From IMG/VR virus record IMGVR_UViG_3300047157_000171: a stretch of DNA of 64,000 bases; one strand, 5' to 3'. The stretch's first letter is position 1, and every line of letters starts with the position of its first letter. The notes below the pieces were generated by a model. It did not search any database. It was not told where the DNA came from and saw nothing but the letters and a program-made list of their open reading frames with translations. This stretch comes from a virus. The position numbers and the translations under genes are program-made. Below are positions 48,834 through 60,700 of this stretch, piece by piece.

Positions 48834-49874
48834 ATGAAAAACACGTTAGTAGTTGACGGAGACAACTTATTTAGGATTGGATTTTACGGAGTAAAGAACT
48901 TTTACACTAAAGGAAAGCATGTTGGAGCTATATACCATTTCTTAAATACGATTAAGAGACATATTCAGGCCCATAATTATAACAAGATAGTAGTATTTTG
49001 GGATGGGTCTGAAAACTCTTCGTTTAGGAAAAAAATATTCTTACATTATAAAGATAATCGTAAGAGTAGAAACTTATCAGAAGAACAACAAGAGTCTTAT
49101 AACTTCCAAAGACAGAGAGTAAAACAGTATTTAGAAGAATTATTTGTACGACAATCAGAATTTAGTGTTTGTGAGGCAGATGATAATATTGCGTTTTACT
49201 GTCAAAACTCAGAAAACGAAACAAAGGTTATTTTCTCATCAGACAAAGACCTCACACAACTTATTAGTGACGATGTTAAAGTTTTTTCACCCACAAATTC
49301 CTATATGTATGAATTGGGTGATAAGATTGAATTAAATAAAGTAGACATACCAACATATAACGTTGCACTTACAAAAATTTTTGTTGGAGATAAGAGTGAT
49401 AATATTGATGGTATTCAGATGTTAGGTGAGAAGACGTTCGTTAAACTTTTCCCAAAGGTTCTAACGGAAGAGATGACAATCCAACAAGTTCTAACAAGGG
49501 CGGAGGAGTTATTTACCGAGGACAAAAATAATCGATTAGTTAATAACATTCTCACAGGAAAAACAAAGAGAGGTGTGTTCGGTGAAGAATTTATAAATAT
49601 TAACAAACAAATAGTAGATTTAAGCGTACCTTTGTTGACCGACGAAGCAAAAAATGATATACTTGAATTAGTAAACGAACCATTAGACCCGACAGGTAGG
49701 GGATGGCAGAACTTAATTAAAATGATGCACGAAGACGGGTTATTTCAGTTCTTACCTAAACGTGACGATGGTTGGACAGAGTTTTTCACGCCACTCTTAA
49801 AATTGGCGAGAACAGAGAAAGAAACATTTAGTAAAACAAACAAAAGAAGAAGACATGAAAGAAAAAAACGATAA
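48834..49874 (+). CDS. 5'-3' exonuclease / RNase H (T4 rnh, PolI N-terminal-like)
   Basis: 'VVDGDNL', 'VFWDG', 'EADDNIA', 'SSDKDLTQL', 'GDKSDNIDG'. Confidence 0.92.
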   Translation: MKNTLVVDGDNLFRIGFYGVKNFYTKGKHVGAIYHFLNTIKRHIQAHNYNKIVVFWDGSENSSFRKKIFLHYKDNRKSRNLSEEQQESYNFQRQRVKQYLEELFVRQSEFSVCEADDNIAFYCQNSENETKVIFSSDKDLTQLISDDVKVFSPTNSYMYELGDKIELNKVDIPTYNVALTKIFVGDKSDNIDGIQMLGEKTFVKLFPKVLTEEMTIQQVLTRAEELFTEDKNNRLVNNILTGKTKRGVFGEEFININKQIVDLSVPLLTDEAKNDILELVNEPLDPTGRGWQNLIKMMHEDGLFQFLPKRDDGWTEFFTPLLKLARTEKETFSKTNKRRRHERKKR

Positions 49875-50301
49875 CTCAACAAAATTTGAGTTTCTATTAA
49901 AATTGAATGACAACATTGTGTGTCAAAGATATTTTAATGTCAAAGGATTCAATTCTAAAACGTTAAAATCGTTAGAACTTCACAATGAAGTTGCTTATGT
50001 AGTCAATGAATTAAAAGAGACATTGAAGTACAAAACTAGTGATTATATGGCGGAAAACTATCACTTATTTTTAGATGGTGGTGACTTAGAAAAAGGTAAT
50101 ACTCAGAACGATTATTTCACTATTTCGATACGTAAGGACGATAGAGATGTGATTACTCGTTACTTTGAAGGTTCAATCTACCCACCTAAAGTTAGGTACA
50201 CAGTAGACATCAGACCTACACTAAGAAGAATCTTAAAAAATTTCACCGACACATTGTCAGGAAAAAATGCAACTACAAACTATCTAACATACAAACTTTA
50301 A
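49855..50301 (+). CDS. hypothetical protein in the replication operon
   Basis: 148-aa ORF overlapping the exonuclease stop, upstream of the helicase. Confidence 0.7.
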   Translation: MKEKNDNSTKFEFLLKLNDNIVCQRYFNVKGFNSKTLKSLELHNEVAYVVNELKETLKYKTSDYMAENYHLFLDGGDLEKGNTQNDYFTISIRKDDRDVITRYFEGSIYPPKVRYTVDIRPTLRRILKNFTDTLSGKNATTNYLTYKL

Positions 50302-50339
50302 TAGTATTTATTTTAGGGTAGTTAATTAAACGAGTATAT

Positions 50340-51734
50340 ATGAAGGATAAAAATTTTGGATATTTAGGACATAGCTTTCAAATATCTCTACTAAATAATT
50401 TAGTGGAAGATAAGAGATTTGCAACGACTATCATTGACGTGATAGACCCTAAGTATTTTGACAATCAGTATTTTAAATTGATTGGTCAAATGGTGAAAGA
50501 GTACCACAGAAAATATGAAACTTCACCTTCATATGATGCACTCGAGCAAATTGCGAGATTAGAGGTAACACAAGAAATGGCACAAAGAAATGTCATGGAT
50601 ATGATACGTCAAATCAAAGAGCACGAATCTAAAGACCCATTGTTTATCCAAGAAAAGGCGACTAAGTTTTGTAAACAACAAGAGTTAGGTAAAGCAATGG
50701 CTAAAGTTAAAGAAATAATGGACAAAGGAGACTTTGAAAATTATGAAAGGGCTGAGGCGTATATTCGTGAAGCATTACAGGTAGGTGAAAAAGATTTGGG
50801 AACCCAAGACGTATTCGACCACTTAAGTACTGTTTTAGATGATGATTATAGACATCCGATACCTATGGGTATTGAGGGGTTAGATAATCTCTTAAATGGT
50901 GGTTTAGCAAAGGGAGAACTTGGAGTGGTATTAGCACCGACAGGTGTTGGTAAAACAACCATACTTAGTAAAATTGCGAACTCCGCGTATAATTTAGGGT
51001 ATAATGTTCTTCAAATATTCTTTGAAGATAATCCTAAGATTATACAAAGAAAACATTTCACTATGTGGACAGGTATCGCACCTCAAGAATTGTCAGACAA
51101 TCGAGATGATGTTATGACAAAAGTAAATGAGATTAAAGCCAATAGTGAAGGTAAGTTAATATTAAAAAAGTTACCATCTGATTCTCTTACATTGGGACAG
51201 ATTAAGAGTCAGGTTAGAAAGATAATCGCAGAGGGCACTAAAATTGATTTGATTGTAATGGATTATATTGATTGTGTGGCGGCTGAGAAGAATTTCAGTG
51301 GTGACGAATGGAAAAGTGAAGGAAATATTATGAGACAATTTGAAGCTATGTGTTACGAATTTGATGTTGCGGCTTGGACTGCAACACAAGGTAACCGTTC
51401 TTCGATTTCATCTGAGGTCGTTACGACTGACCAAATGGGTGGGTCGATTAAAAAGGCACAAGTTGGACACGTAATTATTTCTGTAGCAAAAACACTTCAA
51501 CAAAAAGAATTAGGACTAGCGACAATCGCTATTACTAAGAGTCGTTTAGGACAAGACGGTGTTGTATTTGAAAATTGTAAGTTTGATAATAAATTATTAG
51601 AAATCAGTACTGAACAAACAAATACATTCTTAGGGTTTGAAGAAAACAAAGAAGAAAAAAGAAGGGACCGTGTGTTACAAGCACTACAAAGAAGGAACCA
51701 AACTTTAGGGAAATCAAACAAAACAAATAATTAA
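50340..51734 (+). CDS. dnaB: replicative DnaB-like helicase (gp41-like)
   Basis: 'GGLAKGELGVVLAPTGVGKTT', 'IVMDYID', 'WTATQGNR', 'ITKSRLG'. Confidence 0.92.
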   Translation: MKDKNFGYLGHSFQISLLNNLVEDKRFATTIIDVIDPKYFDNQYFKLIGQMVKEYHRKYETSPSYDALEQIARLEVTQEMAQRNVMDMIRQIKEHESKDPLFIQEKATKFCKQQELGKAMAKVKEIMDKGDFENYERAEAYIREALQVGEKDLGTQDVFDHLSTVLDDDYRHPIPMGIEGLDNLLNGGLAKGELGVVLAPTGVGKTTILSKIANSAYNLGYNVLQIFFEDNPKIIQRKHFTMWTGIAPQELSDNRDDVMTKVNEIKANSEGKLILKKLPSDSLTLGQIKSQVRKIIAEGTKIDLIVMDYIDCVAAEKNFSGDEWKSEGNIMRQFEAMCYEFDVAAWTATQGNRSSISSEVVTTDQMGGSIKKAQVGHVIISVAKTLQQKELGLATIAITKSRLGQDGVVFENCKFDNKLLEISTEQTNTFLGFEENKEEKRRDRVLQALQRRNQTLGKSNKTNN

Positions 51735-51743
51735 AACATTATT

Positions 51744-52724
51744 ATGAAACAAGTAGAACCTATTTTACAGGAGAATAAGGACCGTTTTGTCCTTTTTCCA
51801 ATCAAACACCATGACATTTGGGATTGGTACAAAAAATCTGAGGCTTCCTTTTGGACCGCTGAGGAGATAGATTTATCCGCTGACTTTGGTCATTGGGAGA
51901 GTCTGAACGAAGGTGAACAACACTTCGTTAAAAACGTATTGGCGTTCTTCGCGGCGTCTGACGGTATAGTTAATGAAAACTTAGCTGAGAATTTTGTTAG
52001 TGAAGTACAGTATACTGAAGCTAAATTCTTTTATGGTTTTCAAATTATGATGGAGAACATTCATTCAGAGACATATTCTTTGTTGATTGATTCTTATATT
52101 AAAGATAAGGAAGAACAGAATAAATTATTCAACGCAATTGAAACGGTACCAGCGGTTAAGAAAAAGGCTGAGTGGGCGTTAAAATGGATAGATTCAGATT
52201 CTTTTGCTGAGAGATTGGTTGCTTTTGCTGCCGTTGAAGGGATTTTCTTTTCAGGGTCATTCGCATCTATTTTTTGGTTAAAGAAAAGAGGGTTGATGCC
52301 AGGGTTGAGTTTTTCTAATGAACTAATCTCAAGAGATGAGGCGTTACACTGTGACTTTGCAGTACACCTACACAACAACCACTTAAATAATAAAGTACCA
52401 CAAGAAAGAATCAAAGAGATTATTCTTTCAGCTTTAGAAATTGAGAAGGAGTTTATTACTGAATCATTACCGGTATCACTAATTGGTATGAATTCAGATT
52501 TAATGAAACAATACTTAGAGTATGTTACAGACAGATTATTGGATTCCTTAGGGTGTTCAAAAGAGTTTAACTCTTCAAATCCATTTGATTTCATGCAGAA
52601 TATCGCATTACAGAATAAGACAAACTTCTTTGAGAAGAGAGTGTCAGAATATTCTAAGAGTGGTGTTGGAGATAAAAAAGAAGATGAGGTTGACCCATTT
52701 GGTGGAATGGATATTGACTTCTAA
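51744..52724 (+). CDS. nrdB: class Ia ribonucleotide reductase beta subunit
   Basis: '[10 protein letters not shown]', '[13 protein letters not shown]', 'ENIHSETYS', '[10 protein letters not shown]', 'RDEALH', '[11 protein letters not shown]'. Confidence 0.96.
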   Translation: MKQVEPILQENKDRFVLFPIKHHDIWDWYKKSEASFWTAEEIDLSADFGHWESLNEGEQHFVKNVLAFFAASDGIVNENLAENFVSEVQYTEAKFFYGFQIMMENIHSETYSLLIDSYIKDKEEQNKLFNAIETVPAVKKKAEWALKWIDSDSFAERLVAFAAVEGIFFSGSFASIFWLKKRGLMPGLSFSNELISRDEALHCDFAVHLHNNHLNNKVPQERIKEIILSALEIEKEFITESLPVSLIGMNSDLMKQYLEYVTDRLLDSLGCSKEFNSSNPFDFMQNIALQNKTNFFEKRVSEYSKSGVGDKKEDEVDPFGGMDIDF

Positions 52725-52738
52725 AAAAAATAAGAGAA

Positions 52739-55216
52739 ATGAGTAAAATGAGAGTATTAAAAAGAGATGGTTCTACTGACATTGTCAGATTAGATAAAAT
52801 CTCATTAAGGATTAAAAAACAGACTTACGGTCTGAATACTGATTATGTTGACTACAATGCAGTTGCTATTAAAGTAGTTAATGGTTTATATGATGGAGTG
52901 ACTACTGATGAGTTAGATAACTTAGCATCAGAAACGGCAGCGTCTATGGCGACAATACATCCTGATTACTCTATACTCGCGGCACGTATCGCAATTACTG
53001 CGATGTACAAAAACATCGACAAACAATTCACGTCGGTGGCAAGTAAATTATATAATTATATTGAACCAAAAACAGGTGAACAGGCAGGTATGATTTCTGA
53101 CGATACTTATTCAGTAATTGAAAAGTATGGTGATAAATTAGATAAAATGATTGTTCATGATAGAGACTTTAACTTTGATTACTTCGGTTATAAAACGTTA
53201 GAAAAGTCTTACCTATTAAAGATTGATGGTAAAATTGCTGAGACACCTCAGCACTTGTATATGAGAGTGGCCGTAGGGATATGGGGGGATAATATTGAAA
53301 AGGTTGAATCGACCTACAATATGTTATCAACAGGAGTTATGACACACGCAACACCAACATTGTTTAATGCGGGAACTAAAAGACCACAACTGTCATCATG
53401 TTTCTTATTAGACATTGACGATGATTCTATTCAAGGAATTTATAAAACATTATCAGATTGTGCTGCTATTTCACAATCAGCAGGTGGTATCGGACTTAAC
53501 ATACATAAGATTCGTTCTAAAGGTTCTTATATTAAAGGGACTAATGGAACTTCGAATGGTATTATACCAATGTTAAAGGTGTTTAATGAAACTGCTAGAT
53601 ATGTAGACCAAGGTGGTGGTAAAAGAAAAGGGTCGATAGCCGTTTACTTGGAACCATGGCATGCTGACATCTACGACTTTTTAGATTTAAGAAAGAATCA
53701 TGGTAAAGAAGAATTAAGAGCAAGAGATTTGTTCTTGGCATTATGGATTTCAGATTTATTCATGGAGAGAGTTAAGACCAATGGAGATTGGACATTATTT
53801 TCACCTAATGAGGTACCAGGATTGATAGATGCTTATGATGATGGAGAGAACAAGGCGTTCAGTGATTTATACCAAAAGTATGAGTCAGAGGGTAAAGGTA
53901 AAACGATTAAGGCTCGTGAATTATGGGCGAAAGTTTTAGAATCACAAATTGAAACAGGTACTCCTTATATGTTATATAAAGACCCTGCAAACGCTAAATC
54001 TAATCAGAAGAATTTAGGTACTATTAAGTCATCTAACTTATGTACTGAAATTTTAGAGTATACCGATAAGGATGAAACTGCGGTTTGTAACTTAGCATCT
54101 ATTGCGTTACCAAAAATGGTAACAATACCTGAAGGTAAAGTACGTTCACAAAATAAGGGGTTAAGAACTTTTGATTTTGATATGTTATATGATGTTGCGT
54201 ATAATACGACTGTTAACTTAAATCAGGTAATTGATATCAACTATTATCCTACTCCTGAGACTAAACGTTCAAACTTTAGACATAGACCAATCGGAATTGG
54301 TATCCAGGGATTAGCGGATGTATTTGCTATGATGGGGTATCCTTTTGATTCTGAAAAAGCCTCAACTCTTAACTCAGAGATATTCGAAACAATATACTTT
54401 GCGGCGGTTACGGCATCTAAAGATAAGGCGATTGAAGAAGGTCACTACGAAACATTTAAAGGGTCTCCTTTATCGGAGGGTAAATTCCAATTTGAATTAT
54501 GGGGGTTAACAGACTCTGATATGTCAGGTAAATGGGATTGGAAATCTTTACGAGATGAGGTTGTGAAACACGGGGTTAGAAACTCATTATTAATGGCACC
54601 AATGCCAACGGCTTCAACGGCACAAATTTTAGGTAATAATGAATGTTTTGAACCATTTACTGCTAACATATATAAAAGAAACACCCTATCAGGTGAGTTT
54701 GTAATGGTAAACAAACACTTAATCCAAGATTTAGTTAACTTAGGTTTATGGAATGATAAGGTTAGGTTACAGATGTTTGCGGGTAATGGTTCGGTACTAC
54801 ATATTGATGAAATACCGCAAGAAATAAAAGATAGATATAAAACAGTTTGGGAAATTTCACAAAAGAAATTAATTGATATGGCGGCTGATAGAGGTGTGTT
54901 TATCGACCAATCACAATCTATGAATTTATTTATGGAAGACGTAAACGCGGCGAAACTAACTGCTGCTCACTTCCACGCATGGGAAAAGGGGTTAAAGACA
55001 GGTATGTACTATTTGAGAACGAGACCGAAGTCTGAAGCACTGAAAGGTTTGGGTATTGATATGTCTAAATTGGAGGAAACACCAAAAGAGGTTGTTGCAC
55101 CACAAATTGAGACACCAAAGATAACGCAACCAACACCGATGACTGATGAACAGTTATTGAATGATATGGTTTGTTCGTTAGACAATCCTGATGACTGTGA
55201 AGCATGTGGTTCATAA
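52739..55216 (+). CDS. nrdA: class Ia ribonucleotide reductase alpha subunit with ATP cone
   Basis: N-terminal ATP cone (VLKRDG); 'ATPTLFNAG', 'QLSSCFL', 'SNLCTEI', 'VCNLAS', '[10 protein letters not shown]', C-terminal 'CEACGS'; uninterrupted. Confidence 0.97.
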   Translation: MSKMRVLKRDGSTDIVRLDKISLRIKKQTYGLNTDYVDYNAVAIKVVNGLYDGVTTDELDNLASETAASMATIHPDYSILAARIAITAMYKNIDKQFTSVASKLYNYIEPKTGEQAGMISDDTYSVIEKYGDKLDKMIVHDRDFNFDYFGYKTLEKSYLLKIDGKIAETPQHLYMRVAVGIWGDNIEKVESTYNMLSTGVMTHATPTLFNAGTKRPQLSSCFLLDIDDDSIQGIYKTLSDCAAISQSAGGIGLNIHKIRSKGSYIKGTNGTSNGIIPMLKVFNETARYVDQGGGKRKGSIAVYLEPWHADIYDFLDLRKNHGKEELRARDLFLALWISDLFMERVKTNGDWTLFSPNEVPGLIDAYDDGENKAFSDLYQKYESEGKGKTIKARELWAKVLESQIETGTPYMLYKDPANAKSNQKNLGTIKSSNLCTEILEYTDKDETAVCNLASIALPKMVTIPEGKVRSQNKGLRTFDFDMLYDVAYNTTVNLNQVIDINYYPTPETKRSNFRHRPIGIGIQGLADVFAMMGYPFDSEKASTLNSEIFETIYFAAVTASKDKAIEEGHYETFKGSPLSEGKFQFELWGLTDSDMSGKWDWKSLRDEVVKHGVRNSLLMAPMPTASTAQILGNNECFEPFTANIYKRNTLSGEFVMVNKHLIQDLVNLGLWNDKVRLQMFAGNGSVLHIDEIPQEIKDRYKTVWEISQKKLIDMAADRGVFIDQSQSMNLFMEDVNAAKLTAAHFHAWEKGLKTGMYYLRTRPKSEALKGLGIDMSKLEETPKEVVAPQIETPKITQPTPMTDEQLLNDMVCSLDNPDDCEACGS

Positions 55217-55234
55217 CCAAAAAAACAGATTGAT

Positions 55235-55260
55235 AAAAAGAGGACTTAGGTCCTCTTTTT
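55235..55260. terminator. intrinsic terminator after nrdA
   Basis: AAAAAGAGGAC-ttag-GTCCTCTTTTT, an 11-bp stem. Confidence 0.8.
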
Positions 55261-55301
55261 TATTTATTGACTTTAATAATGGGAGAAAATAGTTAATTTA
55301 A

Positions 55302-55309
55302 TATTTATA
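55302..55309 (+). promoter_or_regulatory. putative late promoter TATTTATA (baseplate wedge)
   Basis: Exact motif after the nrdA terminator, 16 nt before the ATG. Confidence 0.65.
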
Positions 55310-55325
55310 GTAATAAAGCAACTAA

Positions 55326-55784
55326 ATGGCGGATATAAATAATTTTGGGATTGATTTTCCTTTTTCGGATTCTACGAATGGGAAGTATTTAAAAATGACG
55401 AACACTTCAAGTAAAGAAGTAAGGGCGGCATTGATTCATTTGTTATTAACAAGAAAAGGAAGTCGTTATTATTTACCAAGTTTTGGAACCAAACTATATG
55501 ACCATATATTTGAACCAATGGATGAGAGTACTTTCAGTAAGATACAACAAGATGTTGATGAGTCTGTTAAAGAATTCTTACCACAACTAACGGTTAATAG
55601 TATCAAGGTCACTCCGTATTTAGAAACAGAAGAAAGTCCTGGTGAGTTTACTACAGGGTTAGATGAAAGACTTTATAGAATTGCCTCTAAAGGTACTGAA
55701 GAGTACACGGCTAAATTAAGGATTGATTACACAAATAGTATTGGTCAATTCGCAGAAAGAGATTACATTTTAATTAACATATAA
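55326..55784 (+). CDS. baseplate wedge protein (gp25-like)
   Basis: 'GIDFPF', 'LIHLLLTRKGSRYYLP.FGT.L...IFEP', 'V.EFLP.L.V..I'. Confidence 0.88.
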   Translation: MADINNFGIDFPFSDSTNGKYLKMTNTSSKEVRAALIHLLLTRKGSRYYLPSFGTKLYDHIFEPMDESTFSKIQQDVDESVKEFLPQLTVNSIKVTPYLETEESPGEFTTGLDERLYRIASKGTEEYTAKLRIDYTNSIGQFAERDYILINI

Positions 55785-55786
55785 CC

Positions 55787-57622
55787 ATGGCAGATAAGAT
55801 TTCATACGTAGAAAGAGACTTTTTGGGGTTAAGAACTGAATTAGTTAACCTAACAAAAGAGTATTACCCAGATTTAATACAAAATTATAACGATGCGTCA
55901 TTATACTCGGTATTCTTAGATATGAACGCTGCGATTGGTGATAATTTACATTATCATATTGATAGGACAATGCAAGAGACTGTGTTGGACTACGCACAAC
56001 AAAAACAATCAATATATAATATTGCCAGAACTTACGGATTAAAGTTACCGGGTAAAAGACCTTCAGTGACTTTAGTTGACTTTACAGTTAACGTTCCTGT
56101 TTCGGGGGATAAAGAAGATTCTAGATATTTGGGTATCCTAAGAAGAGGAGCTCAGGTGTCGGGTTCGGGACATATATTTGAAACGATTTACGATATTGAC
56201 TTCTCAAGTCAGTATGATTTGAAAGGTAATCCAAACAGGACTAAAATTCCTATTGTTGATGGTTCGGGGACAATATTATCGTATAATATAACAAAAAGAG
56301 AGGTTGTTGTTAATGGGGTAACAAAGGTGTTTAAAAAAGTTATTAGACCTTCAGATGTTAAACCATTTATGAGATTATACCTACCGGATGAAGATGTGTT
56401 AGGGATTGTGGATGTTATAGAAAAACAAGGAACAACATTTAGTACAGTACCGTCAGATGCAGAATTTAGAAAAACTAAAAATAAGTGGTATGAGGTTAAA
56501 AGTTTATCACAGGATAGAATTTTTACTCAAGACCCGACATCTCCTTCAGACCAACCAGGTGTTGTAAGGGGTAAGTATAAAACAGTTGATAGAAGATTTA
56601 TATCTGAGTTTACTCCTGAAGGATTTGCGTTTGTAACTTTTGGTGGTGGTAATACATCGGCTCAAGACCAATTCGATACTTTCGTTGACTTAGAAGGAAG
56701 TTACGATTTATTAGATTTCACAAATAACTTATCATTAGGTAAATCAGTTAAACCAAACACTACTTTATTTATAAAATATCGTGTTGGTGGTGGTATAACA
56801 TCTAACGTAGGTGTTAATTCATTAAACGACTTAGGTGATTATGATTTTTCGGTAACAGGACCATCGTCTAATATCAACACACGAGTTATTAACTCTTTAA
56901 CTGCGACTAACGTAGCAGCCGCGATTGGTGGGGCGGACAAACCATCATTAGAAGAAATTAGAAATATGGTTGCGTTTAATTTCGCCGCTCAAGAAAGAGC
57001 CGTGACATTGAATGATTATAGAATATTAATAAAGACAATGCCGGCAAAATATGGAGCACCATCAAAGGTGAACGTATTTGAAGAAGATAATAAGATAAGA
57101 ATTAATTTATTGTCTTATGATTCTGATGGTAGTTTAACAAATAAAGTTTCTAACGTTTTAAGACAAAACATTGCTGAGTATCTATCAGAATATCGAATGA
57201 TTAACGATTATATTGAGACAGAAGTTGCTGAGATTATTGACTTAGGTTTTGAGATAGATGTGATATTAGATAAGAATGTTAATCAAACAGAAATCATATC
57301 TTCGATTTTATCAGAAGTGTCTTCATATTTGGAGATTGATGGTAGAGACTTAGGTGAACATTTATATGTTGGTGAGTTAAAACAAATTGTTAATTCACAA
57401 TCTGGTGTGGTTAACTTAGTCGATTTAAGGGTTATTAATAAAGTGGGTGAAGGGTATTCAGATACTAAAACTGCTCAACCGTATATTGATGAAGACACCA
57501 AACAAATTCAATTAGGTGATGAAACGGTTTATATGAGAAGTAATCAGATTTACCAAGTTAGGTTCCCAAGTAAGGATATCGTTGTCAGAGTTAAAACAAT
57601 TTCTGCTCCTTTGATTAATTAA
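55787..57622 (+). CDS. baseplate wedge protein (gp6/J-like)
   Basis: 'Y..RDF...R..L', 'D.LHYHID...QET..D.A', 'A.GGAD..S.EEIR', 'QERAVT.NDY', 'P.KYG'. Confidence 0.85.
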   Translation: MADKISYVERDFLGLRTELVNLTKEYYPDLIQNYNDASLYSVFLDMNAAIGDNLHYHIDRTMQETVLDYAQQKQSIYNIARTYGLKLPGKRPSVTLVDFTVNVPVSGDKEDSRYLGILRRGAQVSGSGHIFETIYDIDFSSQYDLKGNPNRTKIPIVDGSGTILSYNITKREVVVNGVTKVFKKVIRPSDVKPFMRLYLPDEDVLGIVDVIEKQGTTFSTVPSDAEFRKTKNKWYEVKSLSQDRIFTQDPTSPSDQPGVVRGKYKTVDRRFISEFTPEGFAFVTFGGGNTSAQDQFDTFVDLEGSYDLLDFTNNLSLGKSVKPNTTLFIKYRVGGGITSNVGVNSLNDLGDYDFSVTGPSSNINTRVINSLTATNVAAAIGGADKPSLEEIRNMVAFNFAAQERAVTLNDYRILIKTMPAKYGAPSKVNVFEEDNKIRINLLSYDSDGSLTNKVSNVLRQNIAEYLSEYRMINDYIETEVAEIIDLGFEIDVILDKNVNQTEIISSILSEVSSYLEIDGRDLGEHLYVGELKQIVNSQSGVVNLVDLRVINKVGEGYSDTKTAQPYIDEDTKQIQLGDETVYMRSNQIYQVRFPSKDIVVRVKTISAPLIN

Positions 57623-57702
57623 TCAAGTTTACATTACTTTGTATTATCTTATTATTAATTAGGAAAATATTTAATTTAATATTTATCTAAAAAGAAACAC
57701 GT

Positions 57703-60700
57703 ATGTCTAAATCCTATAGAATAAGAACAACACCAGGGGTAGATACTAACATTAAAATCAATATCGACCAAGACTTTGATACGTTAGACATCTTATCCTT
57801 AAAAATGACACAAACAGGTGAGTACACAAGTTTATGTGCTGACTTTGGTGTTGTGGTAGGTAGAGTATTTACTAACGGGGGGTATGGAGTACCAAATACC
57901 CGTGTGTCTATATTTGTACCTATTGATAATATCGATGAGGATAATCCAGTGATTAATGAGATTTACCCCTTCAAAACATCCACGTCAAGAAACGAAAAAG
58001 GGTACAGGTATAACTTATTACCTAATATAAAACAACATTCGGGACATACACCGACAGGTACTTTCCCGTCTAAGGTTGATGTTCTTACACAAGAACACAT
58101 ATTAGAGGTATACGACAAATATTACAAATATTCTGCAAAAACCAATGACTCAGGTGACTTTATGTTATTTGGGGTTCCATTAGGTACACATACAATACAT
58201 TACGACTTAGATTTATCTGACATTGGTTGTCAGTCTTTAGTTCCTTACGATTTAAAATTCGAAGGAGTTTCGGATGAAAAGTTTGAAAACGCATATACGT
58301 TTATGTCTTCAGACAATTTAGATTCCTTACCTCAAATCGTATCTACACAGAAAACAGTAAATGTTGAACCATTTTGGGGTAATCCTGAATTATGTCAAAT
58401 AGGTATAACTCGTTCAGATTTTGATTTAAAAGAAAGAGGTGTTAGGATAGACCCTTATGCTATTATGATGGGTGGTACGTTTACTGATTCAGGTAAAGAT
58501 GCTTTACGAGCCAGTTGTAATGTTGATAATCAGATGGGTGAGAAATGTCGACTAACCACATTCAAAGGAGACGTTGAAGCGATACGTTTTAGTGGTCAGT
58601 ACGAAAGTAAGCCTAATGGTGAGATTGACATGAAAAGACCGATATTAGAAAGTATATCTTTTAGACACTCAGGTTGATGAGAAAGGAGTGTATTTCTTCA
58701 GAGTTCCGATGAATATGAAATACGTTACAACTGACGAGTTCGGTTATTTAGTGGAATCTAAAGATGAGGATGTGGGTATACCGACTATGGGTAACTATAG
58801 GTTTAGAATAAGTTTAAATGAAGATACAGGAGAAAGAAATCGTTTTACTGGTAAGTATTTAATCCCTAACGTTAGGGAATATCACACTGATGATGATACT
58901 AATTTTGTTGGTGGTCGCTCAACGATAGATAGTAAATCGTACTCATTCAGTACGAATTTAGACGATTATCCTGCGGCTGCGATATCTGAGATTGCGGGTA
59001 TGAGCCAAGATGCGATTGACAATAACCAAGTGGGTGTACCACAAGATTATTTTTACCAATACCGTTACGGTAGGGTTTATACTGCGTCTAGCTTTATCAA
59101 CCAATATTGGAAGACAGGTTGGTGGGAGAGAGTGTTTAAGATTTTTGTTAGAGATAGGAATGAATCGTTTATTGGTATAAAAGAGATTTGGCCGTCAGAA
59201 AAAGATGATTGTGCCAACACTAATAACTTCTTTCCGATTAATGATGCAGTTAGGAATCATAGATTTAATTTCTTTATTTTAACGATTCTTAGTTATGTTG
59301 ATTATCTCGGATTAGTTTATAACGTTACTGATAAATGAATTTGTAACTAGGGTGTTGTTTCTTATTGCAGCCGCGTTAGAAAGGATTACAAGAATCTGCG
59401 AATAAGGGCAGTCGGCTAAGATGTATAGAAGGGCGAAAGAATTCCAATTTGATAATATTATGACACTTGAGGTCTAATTACGTATCCCGATTGTTATGAT
59501 TGTACTGAAGATAATGAGGAGAATTCGGTTATTTTTAACGTTGACATTATAAGTCAGGCTGATATTACTGATACAGTAACAGACAACCCTTCGGGTGATT
59601 TCCAAGACGTTATCTTTATTGAAAATTATAATACGGCTAGCGATGATTGTTCTACATATGATATAGAGAATACATCAAGTAATACAGTTACTATTTCTAA
59701 TTGGACGGATTGTGAAGGACAAAATGAGACTATAGTCCTTTCGCCGAATGAAGTATTACTTGCTTATCGAGGAGCGGGAGGTCAAATACCACCAGCAGAC
59801 GTTACATATAGTAATATAATTGACATTTCAGGACCTGAATCGTATGACCCTGACGGTAATCTATATATTCCAAATAGTGTAATACCACCACCCGCTGCGG
59901 GTACCGATGACGGTGAGATTCTTCTTGAATTATGGATTTTTGGAATTGCTGGTTTTGGAGATACTGACCCTGATAGTTTAGGGTTTGTGTATATATCTGC
60001 TGGTCCTGGACAAGCGTATAGTATTGTTTGGGATGAGACTTATAATATGTGGGCAATTCTTGGGGGTTATGACGATGTTAGAGAAGGAATTGCTGAATTT
60101 TATAATAAACCTGTAGATGAAACTGTTAGTGGCTCATGTCATGAAGTTAAAGGTGAGGTTAAAATTTATAGGGCATGGAAATACGAGGAACTAGTCGAGG
60201 AAACCCTTGAAATTATAGAAATTGAAAATGGATGTGAAAAATATGATTTTATAATTGAAGATGAAAAGACTGGACGTGGTAATATGTTATTAAGACCATT
60301 TGTTGGTCCATTTGCAGGTCCCGATGGTAATACATATTTAACCTATAATGATGCTAAAAATATATACCCACAATACAGGCCGACTTCTAGTTATGTTTCT
60401 AATTTTTGGCAAACTGACAATGAGGGAAGATTCATGTGGGAACAATTAGACTCTTCGGAAGAATATTATAATACGATAAATGGGATTGATGAAAACGGTA
60501 ATAATATAGAGGATAATTGTGAAGATAGACCAACATATGATGTAAAAGCGGTTGCTTCATACCACAGTAAATGGCCTTTAGAAAAGGACTCTCGTAAATT
60601 TGATAACAATCCGGCTCACTGTATATATTTAGGAAAAATATTATGGTAAGGTCAAGAAAAGAGGTCCTTATTGGGTAGATTACGATAAAACAAAGAGGGG

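Noticed and set aside
15486-55216. Inteins or self-splicing introns in pol, helicases, recA or nrdA/nrdB
   Set aside because: Lengths and motif spacing are normal; no intein-like or homing-endonuclease insertions were seen.
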